Source: Leptogorgia sarmentosa
Taxonomy: Eukaryota
Length of the DNA stretch: 64,000 nt
NCBI GenBank assembly: GCA_964658305.1
Contig: OZ210884.1
Coordinates: 868,001-932,000 of the forward strand
Reading direction: 5' to 3'
Positions 45,201 through 57,200 of this stretch are shown piece after piece. Within the stretch, counting starts at the first letter, position 1; each line of letters starts with the position of its first letter. Below the pieces are notes generated by a model. The model made no database searches, was not told the DNA's origin, and saw nothing but the letters and a program-made list of their open reading frames with translations. The translations under genes and the position numbers were made by a program.

Positions 45201-48200
45201 CTAATCAGGTACAAAATGAGCCTGTTTTCAGTATGGTTTCATAAATAAAGTATGCGAGTCATGCGTTAATACTTGGTTTATTATTCTTCAAATGTATAAT
45301 AAAACAATTATTGAATTCGGTTTTTGTGATATGCAAAATTATCAAGGTCTCGGTAAGCGTTATCAGCCTCGCCTTCGGCTCGGTTGCCTAGCGTCGATAA
45401 CGCTTACCTCGACCTTGATAATTCCGCATATCACAAAAACCTCATCCAATAATTGTTAAATATTAGTAGTTTAAGCCAAACTGCACTGCATGTGTAATGT
45501 TTATAAAAGCTACATCACAGAAGCACTTATATGGCACAGGACGTGGATTTTTAATCAGTGTTCAGTGACGAGCGATATTTATTCGGGAGTTCAACCAATG
45601 GTGTTGTTCACCATTTTAACGAGGTTACTTAAGGGCAGACCAACAAGGACAGATTTCGTTCTTAGCCAATCAGCACCTTTGTTGACAATTTGGTCCTCGA
45701 AATTTTCATAAAATCCACATTAACTCAAATTGGATATAAAAGAGCTCTCTAGCACGTTCTTGATATGTCGGTTTTTAAAGAAATTAGCGAAGTATATTAC
45801 TTTAAGTAAAAAGTTATATCGATTTCTCTGCGCTCTATCTGTATATGGATACAGATTCACTGTAATCCTTCACATAATCAACATATGAGTCAAGACGATT
45901 AAACTCAAGACTTTTAAGTGTGTAAACAGCAGTTTCGAGTGATTCGCGACCACCTCACACGAAATTTTTGACAGCAATTGTTGTTTTGGACATTTGAGTG
46001 CGGTGGCCAGCCAATTCAATAACTTCATGCATGACCAGAAAGAGTTATAAACAGTTCGTAATAAACAGTTCACAATCTCGTTTCCCCCCAAACAAGCAGA
46101 AACTAGGCCTTATTGTCGATTAAAAGACGCACTCAAATGTCAAAAACAATTGCTGTCAAATATTTTGTGTTAGGTGGCGAATGTAAAGCAGTTTGGGTGC
46201 ACTGAAGCCTTCTTTTATCAAAGATTTCTGAATATTTTTAGTTTGCAAGTACGTTCTATCGACCTCGGAGACATGTTTTACCTTAAAATTTTTTCATCAA
46301 ACGCATTAAGATTCTCCATAAATTCTGAACATACGTCTCTATCAGGCGGAAGCCTTAAACATTTCAATAAAATCTCATATCGCCCAAATTCCAAAGATAC
46401 GTGATATTTTGTAAACACGTAAGCGATCATTACTGATGAGACGACAGCTTGAACCTTTGCGTTCACATCTTCTGTTTGACATTCCAAAACTTCCAAGTTC
46501 TTTAAAACTTTGGGCATCAAAATTTCGTCAAAAAGCTACAAATAGACTTATTAATTAAAATTACTATTCAAACTGGATTATTGTTCACAAATCAGTAGAT
46601 TGTTCCAGGCCTTCGACAAGCGTTCAGCTTGTGAATATGCCGATATCAATGCATCAATTGTTCTCAATTGCATCAATTGTTCAATTTATTTTCTTATTAC
46701 AGTTCTTGTACCTTTGTACAATAGTTATAGTTTTAAAATCGAATCAATGGAAAAGTTCACAAGTCCACATTATAAGTATGGTCGTTTAAACTGATGCAGG
46801 TTTGTCACAACTAGTGCGTTTCTACGTGTTTGACGAACTGAGCATGCACCGCAGAAGTATTTGAAACCGCCAAAAAAGGGTACCCGTCACGATGGGTCTA
46901 TGTTCCCAGCCCTGAGTGCCCCTGCTTTTGCAGTATATATGTCAAAGGTTTGGCTTGCCGCTTGTGGGAGCGAAGAGCGTAGCTGAGCATGCCAACGCGT
47001 CTTATAAGCGTTGTGTATTGTTGCAGCAACATTAACTGAGAAAATTTCAATTTTACATATAACATGTAGAAGAATGAAGAACAGGATGCAAATATTATTA
47101 TATACAGTTGTGTAAAATACTGATACCATTAAATATCAGGGGCACACTTGATAAACACAAAAAGGGCACACAATGCAAACGAAATCCTAATCTCATTTTT
47201 CGAAAAAGTGGGGGAGGGGTACCGTGCGCCAATTCCCCCTAGTTCCGCAGCCCCTGACACCGATCTATGGATCTATCAATATCATCACAAATTACCATAA
47301 TCTCTTGTCAGACCTACCTCCCAAAGCTTAAGTTTTCTGGAATCAACAGCGAAACTATCAACATTTCGAAAGTCAGATGAGGTCCAAACATGGGAAATGC
47401 TCTCAACCAAACAGTCAAGCTTCAGCAGTGCTTCAACTGGTTGAATTTCGGAGTCGAACGAATCTGCGAAAAATCCACTCCACTTTGGAAAAAATATTCG
47501 AAAGAAAGTTCTTCTATCATCAAATAGGAATCCGGGTGATACAAATTTTTGCAGGGAAACCGTAGGTGGTTCGGGATAGATAAATCCATCATACTTGTTG
47601 AAGGTTTCTGAAACGATAAAAACTAATTTGAAAAGCACTTATGAAGATCAAGTGTTATCCACTGTTGGAATTCGTAGTCATCAACTTAAAGTCAACTTAT
47701 TTCGAATATGGGCACCTCAGGAATTTGATGACGCAATTTCAGATAGTGTAAAACGTAGATCTATATAATAAGGTAAATCGTTCGCAAATTTTCGGGTTTG
47801 CTGGGAGCAGACCTTATTACGGTTAACTGTACTGTGTACAACTGTACTGTATTTCTCAACATACAACACGAAGTGAAAGAGTGCAACCGGAATAACCTGA
47901 AATGGGATTGGTAGGAAGTCAATCTTCTGTACACCGCTTTAAGATCTTCCTTCGAAAGAATGAGACAATGTTCGTCTTAACAGTATACAGCATATGCACT
48001 GGCTTATGTTCGATATTGCAATCATAGTCGAACAGGCTATTGCGCGTAACAAGTGGCTGCGCATTCATTAAAAACTCAAGAAACAAGATGGACATGCGCA
48101 GTCTGTTCAACTGCTCAACTATTTCCTCAGGACGCGCGCGCACTGCGAGGAAATGATCACTCCTGTCAAAATTATTGAATACGCTACACGGATGACACGC

Positions 48201-51200
48201 GTGGCAGAAATGACAGAAAACGGCAGCGCACACTACAGGGAACAGCCTACGCCAATGTTCACGAGTGACGCTCATGCAAGCTTAGCTGTTTCTTCTAGTG
48301 TGATCGAGGCCTACAATAGAGAAATAACTGGATTCAGTTGTTCTTATACCCTGTTAAGGTACATGCATTTTTAAAATTGTCCTCTCAACTTACGATTTTC
48401 TCCGGCATAATTTTCTCCAACAACAAGGCATCTGTTCACAATGCCTCTGTTCAAAAAGCCTGACCAATGTGAAAATTCAACAAGATATTCGTACGTGACA
48501 GCTTCATTATTCATTTCCAGCAATACATACTTGTACGCACATTTACGAGACGCGTGTTTTAGTGGAACTTTGACTTCACATTGTAAGAGCCATTGTTTGT
48601 CATACGACCTACCAACAACAAAATAAATATTTCTATACATGCTATCGACTTTTTTCGTGCTTGAAGTATACGAACGTTGTTGTCATCGCAACACAGTATT
48701 TAATATACTTTATTAAAAAAACATAAATTTCATTGAAAAATTTTACTCTACAGAGCAAGAATTTTTTTGATCATGACTTTCAAGCGAAGAAAAATACAGG
48801 TGAAAACTGCTGAAATTTAAAACTAGCTTTGAACGTAACGTCGACTGCTTTAATTCCGTAACTGTTGTCTTTTCCGCGCTTTTTGGTGTGTATTTATCAA
48901 GTAAAACTGTTTTTGTAAATATGTCGATTTTAAAGCTATAGAACACTTTGAAATTATATTCAGTTAATAATTAAAATACAATGTCATCGTATATGACTGA
49001 TGGTCGACTTGGCGCTACGCGCCTCGTCGACTATCAGCGCATATACGACTCAAGTTCGCAGAATAACTGTTAAATATACTATACTTACCCTGTCCTTGTC
49101 ACCAGTTTACCACTTTTTTCCCAACCATCAAAAACAGGTCGCTGTCCACGGATTTCAATCTGCGTGTTGTCAACCAATTTAAATTTATTTGATAACATTG
49201 CATGAAAAATAACGGTGAACGTTTTCTTATCATCAGAACTTCTAAAAAGAATATTTGTGGACATTTGCAAAAACAAAATGAAAAATCAATAATCATGAAA
49301 TTAGACGGAATTTTATAATTCGGGTGGAATTGGTTGGCAAATGTCTGGTCGTTTATAAAAGATAACGACAGTTGCGTTCCACTAAAAGAACACAATACTC
49401 CTTCAAGATTATGCGTGTACAATAGTAAACCACGTCTATAAGCAGTTGTTTTCTTAAGGCCGCCGCACACGAGCGCACTTGTCGCGCCCACTTGTTATTC
49501 GTGACAAGTTGGATCGACAAAATACCCTCGTGTCAGTCGTGGGCAACATTTACGGCATTTTTTGTCATTCGTGACATGTAAACCAAATATCAAACGTGTT
49601 TGATATTTTTCGTCATTCGTGACAAAAAAATTCTCGTGTGCGGCCAACAAGCGGCAAGTGCGCCTGAACCGGAAGATGTGCGCATGCGTGTATTATGCAC
49701 AATTAAAAACAACATGGCGGATGAAAACATAAACATTGATGAAAGTCACGATTCTGAAGACGGAAAAGCTTTACTTTTACTCCTTCTGCTGCGAAGACGT
49801 CGGAGGCGTTTAAGGACAGCCCGTCGTGTGCGGCGGCCTTTACGGACATGTGATGTCTACAACCTGATGCTGCATCAAAAACGGCAAGAACAGGAAACAG
49901 TATACTGTATCCTAAGGTGTATAAATATCCAAGAGGTGTAATAAAATAATGCCATAGATAATGACCGCTGCCTTACGTAAAATTTGTTTCAATTTGTTTC
50001 CTCGTTTTCCTAGATTCTTGAAGTTCATCAGCCTTCCGTTTCCTGGAGGAAACCGCATCACATCCCTGGGCAAATGAATGAAATATCAAATTGAATGAAA
50101 TATCAAGTTGAAAATTTAGCAAGCGGTATTATATAGCATTTCAAAGTTCATGCTTTATCCTTTTGTTAATGCATGAGTCCCACATGAAGGCCTTACTTGG
50201 CACAATCCTGCATGCTATTATAGTAAACTAGATTATATATATACACCCAAAAGAAAAGACTCGAAACCGTCCCACCACATTCGGTCTCTGTGACGCTTAG
50301 CACTAGGTCATGATCCTTTGCTGCACACCTTACACACATGCAGAGCATAATTACTGTACATAAAATTCAACCATGTATCAATAATACCATGCGTCGATAA
50401 GACGATAACTGATAAACATGGGATCCTAATAATATTTTCATACGCAAATATACGTTGGCAATACATGCATCTATGCGCTTGCATATGCAACATAGGGGTA
50501 AAGCTACGCAGGTTTGATCGTGTTAAATTTGCAGAAAGTTGGTGCTTAAAGTGTCATTATAATTTAGTTATATTTTAATTTTGTTTTGTCTGAAAATACT
50601 ATTTTAACAAGTGCAAAAAATGCGAAGCCTCGACTTCGTCTTGGTGGATATTTACCGATAATCACTTCCCCTTTGTTAGTGTGTGGGATTTTTATTGTTC
50701 CTTCTTGCTAGAGTCACTGTGGTTACAACTTATGGTGAAGAAATTAAGATTTATTTTCTCTTGGAAATACCTTAAGTATGAATTACAGCTTTTTCTACTC
50801 TTGTTTTAAATTAATTATTTATTTTGAATATGCTGTTCACTGATTATAATTCATTGACCGATTACCTTACCCTATCAGCCATTTTATGCAAATCTCTTTT
50901 CCATTCATCTTGTGGTGTACTTTCTTGGAAATTTTCTGATTCGTACGCATTCGTGCCCTGTGCCACCATATCGCCAGCTCCAGCATTCGAATCATCCTCT
51001 GTCCTGATCAACGACTGTTGCACCTGTGTAGCTTGATCATCGCCAACGTTTTCCGTTGTCAACAATTCACCTAAAAATTCATCCGTACCACCAAGAAAGT
51101 CATGTGAGTAGAATATTTCATTGTCGACACTAGCCGATTCAGTCTCAAGGTAACTGAACACTTTTCCAGCATGCCTTGGGTCGTCTTGAACTACGCCGCT

Positions 51201-54200
51201 TGATTCGTCGAAACAATTTCCACTATCACACTCGTGTTGAAAAGGATATTCCGAGTAAAACTGTGCATTTGACAATAACTCAGTAAGCTGACCGCTGTTA
51301 GCAGGTTCAGATGTATCTTTAACTATACGCTCTGGAATCGTGTGATCACTTTCGTAACCATCTGTCTTGACAACGTTAGTGATATTTCGATCCTCAGTCC
51401 CACCGCTGGCAGGTTGTTCAGGGTTATTAGACTCAGAAACAATATTATTTTCGTTGTTGCTAGAAAAATCTGTTTTATCACTTGGCGTTACATCTTCATT
51501 GGTTTCTTGTTCAGCTCTAATGCCTGTTTCGCCTCCTTTATTATACATGTGTGACTTGTCCGACACAGCAGTGCCATGTTGAAATTCTTGATCAATTATC
51601 TCCGTGACGGGAATTTCTGTTTCCCTGGCAGCAACTTGGGGTTTTGTTTCCGTTATATTACTTGTAGTGGAAGAATGATCGGTGTCTTAAAAAATCGAAT
51701 GGTAATTTGCAGTATTACTATAGGTTGCACTGATACAAATTATAGCAAATTTACTACATAAATCCGTTTTACGATTGGAAACACGGTCTACGATAGGCCG
51801 GATAGGGTGGAATAATCTATTTAACCTATTTTTGGAAAATATCGAACGAAAAGCCACTGTCTGGCAATGAAATTTGATATTTATGTGGAGAATTAAAGCA
51901 CGAAATTGAAGTTTGAGCAATGCAAGGATAATTTTAAGAGAAATCAGACAATATTAGCACAAAAACGAAGTAAACAGCTAAATTTTTGATGTTGCAAATT
52001 TCATATCGTTGTTGCAAGAAAATGATCATTCAAAAATCAAAGGCCGTTGTCACTTAAAAGACGGATTTTTTTAATACATTATGAGCAAAGTTAACAACCA
52101 CTGGAAAATTCCTTTCGAAATTCGGAAAAATCTGCTTTCTGATGCAATAAGAGAAAAATACGATAAATTTATTAATTTATCGATACTATAAATACGATTA
52201 AAACTATCGATTAAAAATACGATAAATTCATTAATTTATTAGAACACTCCACGCTTAAAAATAATATCCCAACAGAAATATCAACGGGAATGTCCTGGAT
52301 TTATCCAAGACAAAATGAAAATGTCCTGGATATATCTAAGACAAAATAAAAATGTCCTGGATGATAAATCATATGAGATACTGCGAGGTGTACCCTATCC
52401 TACCAGACTGCAATCTTATGACATGCAAAAAAATCCAGGATTTTTTCTATTAATAATTATGAAGCTTGAGCAGGGGTGGTTGTTTTTTTTACAGGTGCCT
52501 ATCTTAGTACTTTATTCATGTCATAAGATTGCCGTCTGGTAGGATAGGGTACACCTCGCAGTATCTCATATGCCTGATATCCAGAGTGACCGTCTCTGAT
52601 GTTATAGTAGGGACCTAAAGATTGCGAGAAAACTGCGACGGCAACACCAACCGGAAGTAACGAGTGAAATAGTTTTTGCTGACTTTGCAGTTTGCAACGT
52701 CGCCCATTTGCGTCGCCGACGTGAAAACTCGTGTTTTGGCGTAGTGGTTGCAACGCGACGACTGTGGCAGTAAATAGACTTGTATATTTATAGAGAATAT
52801 ATTGATCATTTTTGTACGTTCAAACAAAGACAAACAATTAAAGCCTATATTAAGAGCATAGACAGTCAAGATTTAAACATATATCAACACAACAATGAGA
52901 TGGCGTTCTCGTTGTTGAATGTTGAAGGAAGAAATTGAGAACATTAAACAGGAAATCTTTTTTAAAAATCTTTCAAAGTAAAATACCTCATTTAGTGTTA
53001 TTTTTATGCAACAAAACTGGCTTTTTTCACTAGCAAAGTGGTGATATGAGCGTGAATTATTTTATGTAAACAAACTATAAGCAAAGTAAACAAAACTTGA
53101 ATTTCTACTTAACAGACAGTTTGAATCAAATCAGTTTGACCTGGAAATTTATACTAAAACAATTAGTCGCCCCAGGCTCGGTGATTACAAACTCTATATA
53201 TATTAAATAGAAACACGAGGATTTTCACGCGGGTTGCGTGGATTGCGCGGGAAATTAAAAAACAAACTGAATCTTTGAATGAATGTAATTTAATATAATA
53301 TAAATTCAATAAATTTATCTTTTTTATTGTTTTTAAAAGGCTATTTATTAAAGGAAACAGAAAACATTTTTTCCGTGTTCCTATAAGTTATAGAAACACT
53401 TGTGGAAGTTTGGGAGAAACTCGAAATTGTGTGGAAACACGGAATTTCTCGTTTATCCCAAACTTCCACGCGTGTTTCTATAACTCTATAGAAACACGGA
53501 ACATGTTTTTTATTTCTTAAATACTTCATGCATCCGTTCCCTAAAACACCCTAAAAACTCATAATCCTAAACCCTTCACACGAGCTCAAACACATAAAAA
53601 GAGATACAAGTTTCGCAAATTACGGTGACATTTTCCTACATGCTGCAATGAAGACAGGTTTAAGAACGACCTACCTCTGAAGGTAATCAGGTGATCCTGT
53701 TCCAGTAGTTCAACATTTGTCCTCTTTTCTTTCGTTGGACCCACATCTAACACATCTCCTCTTGTACATGGGGCAGGATCATATTTGCGTTTATTACCGC
53801 GATCTAAAAGCAATGAATAAAGTTATAGGAAATAAAAAATTAGAATCGTGCTGAAAAATTAAAATCAGGCTTTGACAATTGCGAGGATATTTTTGAGGGT
53901 AGCAATAAAAATTAGAAAAATGGAGATATGTATTCCCAGCTTTCCTGAAATAATGATATTACTTATCTACACATTGTGTTTTAAAATGAGTTGCAAAAAA
54001 GCAATATTCTTTGGACGACTTGCGCTTTAGAATAATTTTTGATGTTGAACTGAGAAAGGAATTTCTGAAAAAAATGATCAAAGTGTGGCGAAATTAATGT
54101 GAAATTGCTTGTGAGTATGAAATTTTATTGAGGCTAAAAAATGAAAATATTCGTTTATATCGTCCTAATATTTGCATAAATATATGCAAATATAAGTTGA

Positions 54201-57200
54201 ATAACCGACGAGCTAGTGAGAAATATTGTGTAAATTAAAACAATGTGAATGAAAAAATAATAATGCATACATGCACAATTGCTGAAAATTCATACATACA
54301 ATGTGCCGAAATACAAGCGCTTAATTTGCACTGAATTGCAGATGCTATTTGTGCAAAACATGGATCCATCCTGAACCTCGCCGTTCTGGCCGGGGCAAGG
54401 GGATTGATTTCGCCCGGATATTTACGACGTCCAGGAAATGGAAAATTCAAGGCAGTGAACTCTATGATTGATTATAGCGGGAACGACAGTTGCGGCGAAA
54501 AAGTGAAGCGAGACGTTCCGACGTTTGGCTGGCTACGAGAAATGCTAACGCCAACACACGCAACACAGGCTCGGGTATGCGCGTAGGAGAATATAACGTC
54601 TCCTTGTAGCCCATACTACTATTTCGACCTGAAAGTTCATTATTACCAAAATCAGTAGAGGAAGTAAAAAGTGAACTTAGTAAACCGGGAAAACGCTCAC
54701 TTTTTATGACGTCACGGCGAAGGAATGCCGCGTCGCAAAATCGTGTTCCGTGCATCATTCGTGATCGATAAGATAAGCACACCAGTGATTCTTCATTATT
54801 TCTACGTTCTTTCATACTTTTTACTTCTGGAAAAGACACTCTACTGATTTTGGTAATATCATCGACTTAAATTTATTGAATTTTTTTTCATTTCTTTCTT
54901 ATAAAATGATTATGAGCGTTGCAATGGACAAGTATTCACGCTAAATATAGTCTTAATTAATTTTAAAACAACATCGCCATCAGATTAACGATCACAGGAC
55001 ACATACGAGTATACAAATAACCGCAATATTAAACAATTATTGAATGAGGTCGAGTAGGATATGATTAGCCGACGTCATGTCATATAATTAATTTTCAATA
55101 TACGACATAATTACGTCATAATGTCGTATATGTGTTTTACCGAGCAGATATGAAGAATTCACCCACTGCTCTTAACCAATCAAAACTCTTGAATTATTAA
55201 AATTCAATAATTTATTATTTAAATAAATAATACAATGTGCACATTCGAACACCTAATGTCAATGATTGAGTACCTTAAAATTCAGCAGACAACCTTATCT
55301 CTAATTTCGTCCATAAAATGAGACTTTTGAATCCCACTAACGTGTTGATGCATTCTACTGTTTTTATTAAAATTTAGTTCATTTTATATATGTGTCCATC
55401 TAGAATAATTTTAAGTACTAATGACCATGGGGAGGTAAGATACATTGTTGCATATATAGATTTAAACGATCGAATCAGTAATGAGTAAATATTGACTAAT
55501 TAGTTCTTCTATTGTAGTAAAATATTCAAATTCGCTGATAGTAGCCGCACTCTTCTGATGGCATGCTTTAGATGAAGTGAATTTGCCAGTTGTCGTTTCA
55601 TCGTCTTTTTGCTCCGATGCAGGAAAACAACATCTCAATATGATCTTAGGAGTATTTGTACGACAACAAATACTGTTCTGCAGTGTGAGCATCTGATTCG
55701 CCGTTTCCAATGTGGACTTGGCCACAACGAATCCCAGGAGAAATGTTTGATAATTGGGCTTCCTCCTGGTGATTTGAGACAGAGAACCTATTTTGCAGTG
55801 GAGGTTGGTGTAGATTGCCAATCACAAATATCTGCCTGTGTTAGTGGTTTCACGAACACTTTGCAATGGGGATTTCGTGAGTTCAGGAGGTCAAACAGCT
55901 TGTCAATGATTCTGGTAAACATAACTGTGCCTTCACTTCAATGTTCATGAACTCTATGTCATCTGCTACTGAACCAGTCAGAGTTTGGGCTGCGAGACTG
56001 ACGTTCATCTTGTGCTCTTCAAATTGAATATGGCTGCAGTTTCAAAACTTGTTACCAAGTTTTAACCTTTCTTGCACTTGAACTATATGAACTCTATCAA
56101 AGAATTTCAATTCAATCCAATCATTATCACGGGTCGTGTACAGAGCATTTCTGACAAGCTTGAGCCGGTCCCAAATAAGTCTCAGCGTCGTCCTTTTTAT
56201 AATGTACTTTTAAGCTTGCGGAAACGTAATTTATTAGGTAAAAAAATGAGAATTACGTGTCAACGTGTGTGAATACGGCCAATCTCTCGAGTTTTGAGGC
56301 CGCCATATTGGCTTCAGGCAAGTATGGGCAGGTTTATATAAAGTTATCATTCCATATTACCTAGAGTTCAATGGGTGTTACTCAGTAGCGTAGCCAAGGG
56401 GGGCAAGGAGGGGCTCAGCCCCCCCCCCCCCCAATGATCTGAAAAACCACTTTTGTGAAAAGCTCAAATCCGTGTAGAAATTGGGGGGTGTGATGACTAC
56501 ACATGCGCCTATGGGCCAATTTTATCTGTTTGCCAAAATCGGCCTTCACTTTTCCCTAGGCTAATTACAGAAAATACCAGTAATAGTAACACTGTTACTA
56601 ACAGCTTTGGTGAAGCGTTCGTAACGGAATCAATGCGTCCACATGCTTTGTTCAACCCACAGAAGCTGTAAGAATTCAGATACAAGTGGATGATAATTAA
56701 CTGTTTGAGTTTGTGTTGCACAATTTTTTTTGCTGCTATGAACATAATGAAATTACCTGACGTGTGCCTAGTGCCTTGTACTTGTACTTGCTGGAATTAA
56801 GATCAGAAACGCATGCACGCAGCAAACTCTCGACCTACTGACCAAGAGTGCAACTATATATTCCGAGCAATTTATGAATATGATTCTAGAAATGCACAAA
56901 CTTTTCCGGGGGTGACCGTCTCTCTCTTGTGCACTAACTAAGAATTAAAGTGTTATAGTCGTAGAGTGAGCTCTCTGTATCATCTACTCTGTGGTTTCTA
57001 GTATGTAGACCACTCTTTTAAACCCTTTTCATGAAATACCCTGTGAATCAGCCCACTTTTAAACAAGACGCCTGCTCAGGCGTTCACTCCGCATGCAGTG
57101 CCTGCCGAGGTGGACTTGAGCAAGAGTTAATGAGTGGCCGGCTTACACAAGTGCTCACCATTCACAAGCATTGTCTTTTTTGGAATTTGGCAGCCGCATA

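Noticed and set aside
45628..45748. Possible exon between 45030 and 46282
   Set aside because: All three minus-strand frames from the candidate acceptor contain stops; the flanking exons join in phase
54340..54600. GC-richer stretch with short ORFs on both strands
   Set aside because: No recognisable product or repeat boundaries
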